DNA of 34,657 bases from Octopus bimaculoides (Eukaryota). Shown here piece after piece: positions 22,864 to 34,613 of this stretch. The position numbers were made by a program, and so were the translations under genes. Within the stretch, counting starts at the first letter, position 1. Each line of letters opens with the position of its first letter. The stretch lies in NCBI RefSeq assembly GCF_001194135.2, contig NC_068983.1, positions 3,052,560 to 3,087,216 on the forward strand, in the 5' to 3' direction. Below the pieces are notes generated by a model. The model had not been told where the DNA came from. It saw only the letters and a program-made list of their open reading frames with translations, and made no database searches.

Positions 22864-23294
22864 TATAAAATTTGGATGAGGGAAATAAGTTAAGCGAGTA
22901 AAGAAGATATACACTACGGATGATCTCACCCGGCAAAGTCATGTCCTTAGCATAACTAGGACCGATCCGAAAGGTTGGATTTTCTCTTCGGGTCAAAAAA
23001 TATCTCGGCCGCTAAAAGGGTCCATTGCATCTGGGACGGGGTAGCTGCTATAAGTAGAGAAAGGAATAATCGGTTGATTGCTACTCCATCGCTACCAAAC
23101 ACATCCAGCCCTTTCTCCACAAACAGGCTGTGTCCTTTCTTTGTCTTTTCCACCAAACTATAATAATAACCCTCTGTTCGTCGGAATTGATAAACGTCAC
23201 AAATCCACCATTCAGGGACAGATGTCTCATTTGTCTCTCCACGTCTCGTCACCTTTGACGTATTCATCCCCCGCCCCGGCATCAGACGATAACG

Positions 23295-23481
23295 GTTTCT
23301 GTAATTTTGAGGTGAGGGGAGTATATGACACTATTGTACCCAGTACTTATTTTATCGATTAAGGAGGGATAAAAGGCAGAAACTAACCTTGGCAGGGTTT
23401 GAACTCAGAATCTGAAGAACGGAAACGAATGACACAAAGCAATTTTTCCGACGCTCTCATGATCCTGCCATCACGTCAGCC
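23295..23481 (-). mobile_element. Diverged SINE family A
   Basis: GTACTTATTTTATCGA..GGGATAAAAGGCA..TTTGAACTCAGAA colinear with family A. Confidence 0.75.
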
Positions 23482-23743
23482 ATTCAGAATCAGGCTATAA
23501 TAATGAACGAAGGCAGACGGTAATAAAAGTATTAACGAATAGAAGTAGCCAATAGAAACAAACATTTTTATGTATTGATTCTTAAGGTCTACCAGTGACT
23601 GTAAACCTTAAGATTAGATTAGCTATTAATATAAGATATATAGTTACTGGGCAATCATCGTAATCTTCTTGTGAAAGATTATTTACTTTTATCTTACCAT
23701 AGATTTATATATTATATACTAATTAAGTTTATGCTAACACTGA

Positions 23744-24010
23744 CTCATAGGGGCCGGTTTCCCGGTTTCATTGGCGTATAGGTTCCCCACTTGAACGGGA
23801 CACTAGTCCATCGCAGGTGAGCTGCTAGATGCAGGAGGAAAGAGTGAGAGAAAGTTGTGGCGAAAGAGTCAGCAGAAGTTTGCCATCACGTTCTGCTGGA
23901 GCCGCATGGAGCATAGGTGTTTCGCTCATGAACAAACACATCGCCTGGTCTGAAATTCGAACCCGCGATCTCTCGACTGCTCCTCTAACTACTAGGCCAT
24001 GTGCCTCCAC
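23744..24010 (-). mobile_element. tRNA-derived SINE family C
   Basis: Minus-strand head GTGGAGGCACATGGCCTAGTAGTTAG..GGGTTCGAATTTC (A and B boxes). The 3' end reads CCGGCCCCTATGAG. Confidence 0.8.
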
Positions 24011-24087
24011 AATTTTTAATAATAATTACGTTTAATAAGTTTCTATTGAAATTTTCAAAATATCTTATGAATACGAAATGCCATTAA

Positions 24088-24252
24088 CCCATTAAGTCCC
24101 AGAGTACTTAAATTTCTGAATATTATTTTTAAATTGTTACAGATAATTGAAAATAGGTTAAAATGAAAAAAAATAATTATTGAAATTCCTTTACTTCAAG
24201 TAGAAATGGAAATACTCGGTGTCCTATTTATAGGACAATGGAATTTAATGGG
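24088..24252. mobile_element. piggyBac-type MITE
   Basis: TTAA|CCCATTAAGTCC...GGAATTTAATGGG|TTAA: TTAA target duplication and CCC/GGG termini with ~12-bp TIRs (one mismatch). Confidence 0.7.
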
Positions 24253-24639
24253 TTAAAGTGATCTTTGACAAAACTCTCTCCATTTGGTGTTTTAAAAATA
24301 TATCTGTTTATATTTGGTACTCTACAAACAGAAATATTATAACACTCATCTTCTTTATGAATGGTATTGCGAAGCTTACAGCTCACTACATATATATTTG
24401 GTACTTTAGATATCAATGTGTTTTAATATTTCTCCCATTTATATTTGGTGTCCTAATAAACCGAGGAGTAGCACTCACTCCACGTATATTTGCTATTCGT
24501 AATACCTAAATGTTAAATCAATTATTGCATGTAAACGTGGTATTGTGAAAACCGAGATATTTCAAAAGTCGCTCAATTTATATTTGCTGTTTCAACATCC
24601 GATATTTTATAACGATCATTCCATTCATATTTGATATTC

Positions 24640-25004
24640 GTTAAACTGAGTTGTTATTACCCGTCTTGTGAAACTAGTTTGTGAATGAGGATATTTTTCT
24701 CTAAAAATAGCACACAAATAATGAATAATAGCAATGGTGATTTGACAGCAACACAAAAAAGTACTTCGTTGCGCCTTAAAATGACCCCAAAAGACATAAT
24801 TTGACCACGGCATAATGTGAAAAGGAAAGTTTATCAATGGGAAATTAGCTCGTAATTATCAAAGATCGTCTTCATTAAATCCAAATCAGGGCAATAAACG
24901 AATAGATTCCATCTCCACTTCCTCACCACCCACAAACGTTTGCCCCTCTCTTCGGCGTTTACATTGCCCCCAGGGGGCGCTACCACCCAGATTGAGAAAC
25001 CCTA
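24640..25004 (+). mobile_element. Possible hAT (Charlie/Buster-like) 3' end
   Basis: The terminus CCCAGATTGAGAAACCCTA (reverse complement TAGGGTTTCTCAATCTGGG) fits hAT TIR style. Upstream is a weak LLLP..CETSL remnant of the dimerisation domain. No partner TIR found. Confidence 0.4.
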
Positions 25005-25486
25005 ATTTAAAGATTTTGGCAAATCTCAATCGCAATATCCGGTCCTCTGCCTCATTCTTTTACAAAATTCAGAAAATAAGAAACGTGGGAAACTGAACAA
25101 TTTCTTTGTTTTGTTTTGTTTTCTGCAATTCCACCCGACACAACTCTTCTTTCTTGCCATATGGTTTAAAATGTTCTAATTGTTTTCATACCTTTACACT
25201 GTCGAAACCGATCCTGTTCAGGTGTTGATTTACCATTTTTAATCGTATTTGACATTTGATCTTATGTCTGCTTAGAAAATTCCTTAAAAGACACAATGTA
25301 AGTTAAAAGTAAGCTAAACTTTGAAACAAAACGTGTCTAAAAATTGGTTCAGGCAAATATAAACAATTGATACTTTGGATGTATTAAAGAACATAAATGT
25401 AACTGAACCAAAGGGGTAAATAAAGAGTACCAAACAACGAAAGGGTTAATAAAAGACCGTTTTGTCAAACGAAAGGATTAGACAAC

Positions 25487-25739
25487 TGTTGTAGGGAATC
25501 AGTAATAACGGTACACCTCTTCTACGTGACGAATGAAATAACATAATCACTACAAGTAAAGAGAAGTACGTGAAGCACCGGAGTACGTGAAGCACCGGAG
25601 TACGTGAAGCACCGGAGTACGTGAAGCACCGGAGTACGTGAAGCACCGGAGTGCGTAGTGGACGGCCAGAAATAGTTGTGTCTTTACTGGTTTTACTAAG
25701 CATATTGTATACCGAAGTAAGCGTTATAAAAGTCCAACA
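25487..25739 (+). mobile_element. Possible solo LTR
   Basis: TGTTG...CAACA inverted ends, internal tandem array, ATAAAA near the 3' end. No target-site duplication seen. Confidence 0.35.
25565..25649 (+). repeat. Minisatellite: 5 perfect copies of 17-bp AGTACGTGAAGCACCGG
   Basis: Counted directly. Followed by one degenerate unit. Confidence 0.97.
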
Positions 25740-26012
25740 TTAAAAGATCTTAGAAGAAGGAAAATATTGAACAAGTGAAGTACTCTTAAGCCGTGGTGAG
25801 TGTTTATGTGAGCTCACTCTCGATGAGACATTTGTTACTCGGTAGCAAAAGCAGGACTTCGTTTTTCTCTAATTCTACTATAGTTAATGCGTTTGGTAAG
25901 TGAATCATTTTGTAATGTGCAGTTGATATAGTTATGCTCCAATACGAGTGTTGAGTCTGCCGCGCACATTGACTGCCTCATATCAAAATGGTAGCCATCA
26001 GCTAAATTATAT

Positions 26013-26229
26013 ATCCTTTTCTCCTTTAGGAACACAGCCCGAAATTTGGGGGGAGGGGACCAGTAGATTAGATCGACCCCAGTACGGAACTGGTATTTAA
26101 TTTATCGCTCCCGAAAGGATCAAAGACAAAGTCGACCTCGGCGAAATTTGAACTCAGAACGTAACGGCAAACGAAATGCCGCTAAGCATTTCACCCGGCT
26201 TGCTAACGTTTCTGCCAGCTCGCTGCCTT
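26013..26229 (-). mobile_element. SINE family A, full length
   Basis: Colinear with 3774-3982. Confidence 0.9.
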
Positions 26230-26310
26230 AGTTAACTTACATATTGAGTGGGAAACATTTAATTAGCAGTTCTGAAAGTAATTTGGAATTATTTAAAAAT
26301 AAATGTTTAT

Positions 26311-26476
26311 AGGCGCGGGTATTGGTGTGTGTTAAGAAGCTTACTTTTCAACTACATGGTTCCGGGTTCAATCCCCCTGCGTGGCATCTTGGGCAAGTGT
26401 CTTCTACTATAGCCTCGGACTCACCAAAACCTTGTGAGTGGATTTGGTAGATGGAATCTGAAAGAAGCAGCTGCTT

Positions 26477-26517
<41 letters not shown>
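26311..26517 (+). mobile_element. SINE family B head followed by (TG)n
   Basis: B box CCGGGTTCAATCCCC, then CTTGGGCAAGTGTCTTCTACTATAGCCTCGG shared with 6192-6352. Confidence 0.9.
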
Positions 26518-26520
<3 letters not shown>

Positions 26521-26831
26521 ATGTGTGCGCTAGGATGACAAAGTAGAATTTACCCGCTGGTATTGATACTGTTTACTAAGTGTATCGATATCTGCAGGAG
26601 CGATAGGTAAACATCGATCTAAAAGTCGTCCTTTGATTTTATAGGCCTTGTAATAGATAGTGTTCCACAGTTAGGTTGGTTCTTTCTTCACCTGGGTTGT
26701 TTTATCAAGAAACATTCGGTTGGTTGCACACAAAACTGGAAGAAACACTTCCTTGGTCTGTTGTGAAAGAAAAATAGCAAAAGAAGATGGAGGGAGATAA
26801 GGGCGGGATGGGGGAAATACTGAAGAAATGG

Positions 26832-26885
26832 GAAGAAGAAGAAGAAGAAGAAGAAGAAGTACAACAACAACAACAACAACAACAA
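26832..26885. repeat. (GAA)n(CAA)n trinucleotide repeat
   Basis: Directly visible. Confidence 0.95.
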
Positions 26886-27693
26886 GACAATGTAAAACAC
26901 AACGAAGAATAAATATAAAAAGAAGTAACAAAAAAAGAGAGAAAAAATAAAGGAAATCAGAGGAAATGAAAGAATGGAATGATAGAGGTGTGTTGAAGGA
27001 TTAAGAGGCTTTCATCTTCTGTTGTTCTCTCTTTCTATCTCTCTCTCTTTCTTTCTTTCCTCCCACTGCACACCCCACATCTCCTTGTTAGTCCTCTCAA
27101 ATCTCCACACATGACTGACTGAATTCAGTTCTACGGTTGACTTACACCGAGACTTGTAAAACTAAATAGGAGCTACTTAAGAAATAACAAAACTTGGAAG
27201 GCTGAAAAACAAAGAAAAAAGAATTCAAAGCAACCGAGAGGTTTCTTACGAAAACACCCGAAACACCTTCGCCCAGTCACGTATTTTGTGGGGATATATT
27301 TAGAAGTTTGTTTCATTCTTTGTTGTTGTTCTTTTTTGTTTTCTTTTTTTTAATTCTCATTCGGATTCTGAAAAAATTTACCTTTTATCCATCAGAAGAA
27401 TTATATCAGAAAAATGTATATTAATTGTTGTACCTTGTTTATCATTTTGTCCATGTTCTTTTGCCACGTCATGTACCCAGTTATGTATCTATATGTACAT
27501 GTAGATGAAGGTATGTACATACATGTACATATATATGCATATACTCATATATTGTTTGTATCACAACAGAACGCACGCGTTAACCTTTATACAGTAAGTT
27601 TTAACTATTTTTCTAACGCCACTCTCTCTATCTCTATATCTATCTCCCCCTCTCATTCTTCCCTCTACTGTTCTTCGCCTCTACCTGTCACTA

Positions 27694-27733
<40 letters not shown>

Positions 27734-27772
27734 CTTGTTACTCGTCCTTCGCCCCTCACCGTTACTACTACT

Positions 27773-28120
27773 NNNNNNNNNNNNNNNNNNNNNNNNNNNN
27801 NNNNNNNNNNNNNNNNNNNNNNNNNNNNNNNNNNNNNNNNNNNNNNNNNNNNNNNNNNNNNNNNNNNNNNNNNNNNNNNNNNNNNNNNNNNNNNNNNNNN
27901 NNNNNNNNNNNNNNNNNNNNNNNNNNNNNNNNNNNNNNNNNNNNNNNNNNNNNNNNNNNNNNNNNNNNNNNNNNNNNNNNNNNNNNNNNNNNNNNNNNNN
28001 NNNNNNNNNNNNNNNNNNNNNNNNNNNNNNNNNNNNNNNNNNNNNNNNNNNNNNNNNNNNNNNNNNNNNNNNNNNNNNNNNNNNNNNNNNNNNNNNNNNN
28101 NNNNNNNNNNNNNNNNNNNA
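27773..28120. other. Assembly gap; 27424-27542 is repeated at 28121-28239
   Basis: N run and an identical ~119-bp segment on each side. Confidence 0.95.
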
Positions 28121-29327
28121 ATTGTTGTACCTTGTTTATCATTTTGTCCATGTTCTTTTGCCACGTCATGTACCCAGTTATGTATCTATATGTACATGTA
28201 GATGAAGGTATGTACATACATGTACATATATATGCATATGCATATATATATGAATAGTTAGTACATTGAGTACAATGTATAGTTAGTAGGGAGTACACTG
28301 GATACGATGTGTTCAATGTTAGTGTATTAGTATCCTCTATTTACTTTTAATTAAGTGTGAACGAACATAATGTAGTGAGGGTGAGATTGCTTTAATTAAA
28401 ATTACGGCCGTAGTAGTAATAATTAATCATTGACTGAATTAATAATTCTAATAAAGTATGTCAGGGAAAATGCTTTACTAGTCTATAAAGGACTACACCC
28501 CTATCAATGTATCATTCTTTTAAGGATTTGACAGGAGGAAGATATAGTGGTTGCTCTTTCTAGCATGTAAAAATAGCACATATAGTTTTCTTTATCGGCT
28601 GCCAATGTTCTAAGCTTGCTGGGGGTGAAAGACGAAATGTAATTTTAATTCCACAATGATATTCCATACGCCTCTGGGAACATCTCAGAATCATAAAATA
28701 TGGCATCCTTTTGTCAACGAAACTGACTGGAGGTTAAAATATTGCTTAATCTGTCGTAAGTTGTTATTTAATTCAATTAAATCCCCTTAAACTGGTTATA
28801 ACATAATGTTAACAATAACACACAAAATGAATAACCAATAAAATATTAAACAAAATAATTACGGTATTTAAGATAACAAAAGAAAGGGGACACAACCAGT
28901 ATGAGTGTATCTAATCTGGGGATTTAACATTGAACAATTGAAGCAACTGGCACATAGCCTCAAAGAAAAAGTTTTCAAAACTTCACATTTTTTCCTCTTA
29001 TTTGCTTAGTTATAGGTTAATTATTTTCAAATGTTAGTTAAAGACATTTGTAGTTAAATAAACAAATTTCCTTTCAAAATAAAAGAAGACGACTATATTT
29101 AACATTCTTCTGGTGTCTGGACTGGAAGATGGCCAGAAAGAAAATTGAATTTTTAATCTATTAATTCTCACCACATTAAGTATTTCTTTATGTCATAACC
29201 GTCTTGTTTGTCAAACCAGTGTTTCCTGTACCCAGGCTCCCTTCGTGGGGTGGGAGGCCGAGAGGATTGAAAAGGCGCCACAAAGTGGTTACATAAGAAT
29301 ATAGGAACTTCGAGAGGTATGAAACTA

Positions 29328-30081
29328 TCAGGCTGAGTAAAAAGTAAGCAACGTTTTGAAACACGAAATTCATCCCAATATATTTCAACAATGCGGAAGT
29401 TTTATTCTTCAAAGTAAGTACCATTACAATCAACAGATTTTTGCCAACGAGTTACAAGTTTGTTTATTCCGGTAACATAAAAAATCTGGAGTTTTGGAGC
29501 TGATGAACTCTTTTGAACGCACTTTCAGCATCGGTTTGATTTTTTAACTCCTTCCCTCGTAGGAGACCATCAAAGTGCTTGGAAAAGGGGTAGTCGGTTG
29601 GAGAAAACTCTGGGGAAAAAGCTGGGAGGGGGAAAAAGCTGGGAGGGGGAAAAAACTTCGTAGTCAAGTTCCCTCAACTTCTGGAGTGTCATTAGTGAAA
29701 CGTGTGGTCGAGCATTATCATGAAGAATGATTGGCTCTCTTCTGTTGACCAGTCAAGGACGGAGGAGTAGCAGTTTTTCGTTCATTTTGGCAATTTCATG
29801 GCAATATGTTTCTGCAGTAATGGGTTTTCCGGGTTTTATGAAGTTATAGTGGATGAGTCCAGAAGTACACCACCAAACAGTCACCATAACCTTCTTTTTG
29901 AAGAGCTTGGTTTTAGGGAAGGTTTTCGGTGCTTCATTTTGGTCCAACCACTGCGATAAATGTTTTTTATTATTGCACAGAATCCACTTTTCATCGCAAA
30001 TTACAATACGGTCGAGAAATGGATTGGTCTGGTTACAGAGAAGAAGCGGTGAGCAAATTTCATACTTTTTACTGAACCTGA
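29328..30081 (-). mobile_element. Internally deleted mariner (DD34D-type) transposon with both TIRs
   Basis: TA|TCAGGCTGAGTAAAAAGTA...TACTTTTTACTGAACCTGA|TA. Minus-strand remnants FLDRIVICDEKW, KKVMVTVWW..GLIHYNF, LHDNARPH, SPTDY and GINKLVTRWQKSVDCNGTYFEE*. Confidence 0.93.
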
Positions 30082-31397
30082 TACTTTTAATAGGGGATAA
30101 TCTTTAGCTTTATCTACTTCGAGTTCCTGTCGATAAAAATAATTTACATCATATTACAGTCATTTTTATTCGTTATTTAGACATAAAGTAAAGAAAAAAC
30201 ATCATGAGGAAATACAGAATTTGAATTATAAAAAAGAAAAAAGATCAATACAGACAAAAACAAGATAAAATAGAAGAAAACAAAACCATCTACATCACAA
30301 AATGTCGGAGTAGTCAATACTTCGACACCTTGACCGCTAAATTAAGTCCGACCGGACAAAATAACAACATCGCTAGCGCAATGCTACTACACTACATTCT
30401 ACACTCTCAAGATACTGCTTCTTCTCTGTCATCCAGACTGGGCAGTGGTCAGTCCTTATTTATATCTGATATCTATTTACAAACGATAGCTTAAGTTCGT
30501 AAGAACAGCTTTCGCCTCCGGTCCAGTGCAATATTCGACATTGATATTGAAGAGGAGATCATTAGGTCAACATTTATCCCATCCTAGTGACGACAGACTC
30601 GAACACTGAAACACCCGCAACTCCTTTCTTATAATCTTACACATCGCTAAAGTAAAGAAACGATATTTAAAATATTCACTACCCGAATATTTCATCCATT
30701 TTATTTTAAAAACAACAAATGTTTACGGCGACAACACGAACGCCATCAGCACTAACAACAACAACTGTAACATCACCAGGTCTTAGTAAAACCAATCATG
30801 TTAAAATTCGAGGAAATGCCAATGTGGAAGTAACTAGTTGGAAGTATGACTCGATACAGTTTCTTCAAGCGGAAGTAATCTAAAATATTCCATTTCCTGT
30901 CTAATTCTATGTCACTGGTTGACACTTTACTGAAATTATTTTCAAATTCAATCCAGCATCTTGAATCCTACCACCACCACATAGACACATCAAACTTATT
31001 GTGTGTGTGGGGAGGGTGACTTTCTGTGCGTGGGTAGAATTATAAATATATAAAGCAGGTGCACACATCTCTACCTGTAAACATTCAGTGAAGCTCTACA
31101 TAGCGCCATAAATTTTTTTATTTATATTTGTTGGCTTTGCCAGGTGCCTTAGGAATTAAAATAATATATAGTATTTTTTGAAAAGTCCCAAATGGGGATC
31201 GCTGAAAAAAATCTTTATTTATCCTTTTCTATTCAATTGCAATAATAAACATTTTAAGCAATGGGTTAAGGACCTGTTGATTGTTCTGTCTAGAATTTGA
31301 TAATGCAGAACGTAATTAAACCCCTTATTCGTAGATCGGATGGGTCGTTTTCGTTTTATGTTTTTTGAAAATATCAGTTAATATTTCTGTACAGGTT

Positions 31398-31611
31398 TAA
31401 GGCAACGAGCCGTATTTAGCAAGCAGGGCAAAATGCTTAGCGGTATTTCATCAGTCTTTACGTTCTGAGTTCAAATTCCACCGAAGTCGACTTTGCCTTT
31501 CATCCTTTCGGAATCGATAAAATAAGTACCAGTTGAGCACTGGGTGTCGATGTAATCAACTTACCTACTCCCCTGCAATTGCTGGCCTTGTGCCAAAATT
31601 TGAAACCAATA
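31398..31611 (+). mobile_element. SINE family A
   Basis: B box GAGTTCAAATTCC, conserved core, tail as in 4893-5082. Confidence 0.9.
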
Positions 31612-32759
31612 TTTCTGTATATGTTATGTGAGCAATATGGCGATATCTGTACTCCTTTGTACCAAGATGTGTGGTATGTACAGAAGTCTGTTCCAGGAAT
31701 GGTATCCGAATCTGATAATTCTTCAAGATAATTCTTTAACAATAAAATTTCATAGATTATTTACTCTGGGATATTTTTAATTTGAATCAGAATTTGAAAA
31801 ATATTTAATTCTGAAGAATCAACCATTGAGGTCACGTCATTGAACTTTGCTATTCTCAGAAGTGGAAGACAATTCTCGGTATTTATTTTAGACGAACCAA
31901 ATCCACGTAGAATTAAAGAATTGCTGCTGGATCATCAGTCTCTAATAACTCTGAGCTTCAAATATTAAGAGGAACCAACCAAATTTGGAATATTAGAGCC
32001 AGTGGAATTACAATTCATTACTAAAATACTATTTGTCTGCTTAATTAGTGTATTTGATTAACGTTATTTTGTGTGATTGTAGACGACTCTATGTGCTCGT
32101 AAAACTAAACATTCACAGGAAATGAAAGGAACTTCTTGGAAGCAAAGTAGAAAAATGTTTAGCCTTTATCGATTTCAGGCACAAAGGGCGGCTAACCAAA
32201 TGGCAAGATGTATGTAGACTCACATTTCTTAACGATATCCTTTCGAAGATGAACCTTTATGTCTGAAATATGCAAAGATGACTCAGCTTTCCTCTTCGCA
32301 TTTTAAGAAGCTTGACACTTTTTCGTTTTGTTTGTTAGTCTACTTCTGTATTACAATGCTTCAAGCAACCTTTAACTTTCTTTAAACATTCACTTTTTTT
32401 TTCTTCTTTATGTTCTTGTACACTTTTACTTCGTATCTCGTACTGAAGAGGAATCTCCAGTGATGTTGAGGGAGTTGTTTGATCTGCTACAAACAACATC
32501 TAATTGTAGAACACATCACTTCTATCGTCCATGACGAAATAATAAATTAACTTGGAGCAGTTTGGGTGAAGCATTGTATGATATGAAATTAGATAAAAAC
32601 TCATTAAAATGCCGAAACAATGCAAAATGTATGAACAACTGTTAATGTTTTACCTTGTATTTCTTTAACATTTCAGGATTAGAACCCTTTCATCGGGACA
32701 AGTGGAGAACTGAGAGATGGTATAGAGCTGTTATCTTTGCGCAGATATGTGGTAGAGGG

Positions 32760-33075
32760 AGAGCCTGAGAAGGATGAGCTCATCGTTCTCGGTGACTCCA
32801 GCTCCAGAGTTGGTACAGGCTACCAGACATGGGAAGTGGGAGCCATTGGAAGAAACGGAGTCGACAAAAGCAGCACCAACGGTCATCTATTGCTGAAGAC
32901 TTATGCAGCGCATGACCAGTCGATCACCAACACACCATTTCGCCTGTCCAGCCGCAAAAGAAAGTCCTGGATGCATCCATACAGCAAACATTGGTATTTA
33001 ATAAACTACGTCATAGTCAGGAGTAGGGTGACGAAGGCCATGTGTGGCGCAGAATGCAAGGCGAGGGCAGTAATA
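32760..33075 (+). mobile_element. RTE-clade LINE, AP-endonuclease fragment
   Basis: PEKDELIVLGDSSSRVG..IGRNGVDK..NGHLLL..ITNT.F..SWMHPYSKHWYLINYVIV..RVTKAMCGAEC matches the RTE/BovB-type EN motif series. Confidence 0.88.
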
Positions 33076-33624
33076 TGCAAAGACTGATAGTGTTACAGCA
33101 ACCTACTTGCCTCGTGTCTGTTGCTTAATAAAGGTTTAAATTCATTCAGCCTCCTTGATTCTAAGATTAATAAATAAATAAAAATGGAACCACACATTCG
33201 AAAACAACGTCTGTGTAAATAAGAAGGAACGGTCATAGTTGAAATCTCTTTGACATACTGGTCAGATCGAACAGAACTGACAAGGAAGATGCTAAAACAG
33301 TAACTTCAACGCCAAAGCTACAGAAGATGCAAGATTAGAACCATTGAACTAGTTATGGCAATCTTAGAAATGCCCTCGTACCATCCGTTTGGGTAAGATA
33401 CGGATGGGCGAGGATATAGAAGTACATCCACACAGATGATGGAACCATGATTTGAACATAGAACAACTTAACCACAAAAGCGCTCTCTTTATCTATTCCT
33501 TCCTGAACTGCACTGTTCAGATTCTAATAGAGATTAAACCACAATTTACCAAAATAGAACTGGAATAATTATGGTTCTGTCTGGTAATTATGGCAAGGGG
33601 AAATGCTGATAAAAGACAGACAAC

Positions 33625-33865
33625 AAATATGCATATATATGCGAAGCTGTGCATATATGCATGTCTGTATTGCTATGTGTGTGTGTGTGTGCGTGTGTGC
33701 ATGTGTGTGTGCGCGTGTGTGTATGTGTGTGCGTGTGTATTTGTGTGTGTGTGTATGTATCTCGAATATTTACATAATTTATGCATTTTATTTTATACAT
33801 TCTTGCACCTCACACATTTCCTTCTTTCAAGCTCTATGCCCCTCGCTCGCACACACACAAATCTG

Positions 33866-33958
<93 letters not shown>

Positions 33959-34276
33959 NNNNNNNNNNNNNNNNNNNNNNNNNNNNNNNNNNNNNNNNNN
34001 NNNNNNNNNNNNNNNNNNNNNNNNNNNNNNNNNNNNNNNNNNNNNNNNNNNNNNNNNNNNNNNNNNNNNNNNNNNNNNNNNNNNNNNNNNNNNNNNNNNN
34101 NNNNNNNNNNNNNNNNNNNNNNNNNNNNNNNNNNNNNNNNNNNNNNNNNNNNNNNNNNNNNNNNNNNNNNNNNNNNNNNNNNNNNNNNNNNNNNNNNNNN
34201 NNNNNNNNNNNNNNNNNNNNNNNNNNNNNNNNNNNNNNNNNNNNNNNNGTATGTATGTATGTATATGTATGCAAAC

Positions 34277-34315
<39 letters not shown>

Positions 34316-34613
34316 ATACATCCATACATACATACATATGCTTATCTATAAAAACATATATGAATATACGTATATATAAATGGTGAATGTATATATATAT
34401 GTTCATATATATGTGTATATATATATATATATATGCATGTTTACATGTGTGTATCTGGTGCGCGTAAGTGTGTGTGTGCGTGCGTGCGTGCGTGCGTGTG
34501 TGTTTATACTCTCGTGTGTAAATGGTGCTGAGAGCCCATACTTACAAAAGATGTCTACACTCACACATTCAAATTGATAAATCACATGAATAAAGGAAAA
34601 TATAGCGTGTGAT

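Noticed and set aside
22352-23277. YY1-like GCCGCCATTTT (22352) and GC box CCCCCGCCCC (23268)
   Set aside because: Isolated motifs about 900 bp apart, separated by low-complexity DNA. Not enough to call a promoter.
22956-23282. 108-aa minus-strand ORF
   Set aside because: No recognisable domain, no convincing splice signals, and a length within chance expectation.
23950-24010. tRNA-like sequences in SINE heads
   Set aside because: A and B boxes are present, but there is no complete cloverleaf and they continue into SINE bodies, so they are not tRNA genes.
24445-24477. Tc1-like TIR fragment GGTGTCCTAATAAACCGAGGAGTAG
   Set aside because: No partner TIR or transposase remnant could be located.
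25565-25649. CRISPR-like repeat array
   Set aside because: Units are contiguous with no spacers, 17 bp long, in eukaryotic context.
27424-28239. 119-bp direct repeat that could look like paired LTRs
   Set aside because: It begins exactly at the gap edge and is identical, so it is most likely an assembly overlap. No PBS, PPT or TG..CA ends.
32179-32209. 31-nt candidate exon (TTTCAG...GAT/GTATGT)
   Set aside because: Short acceptor tract, and it is phase-incompatible (creates stops) with the other candidate exons.
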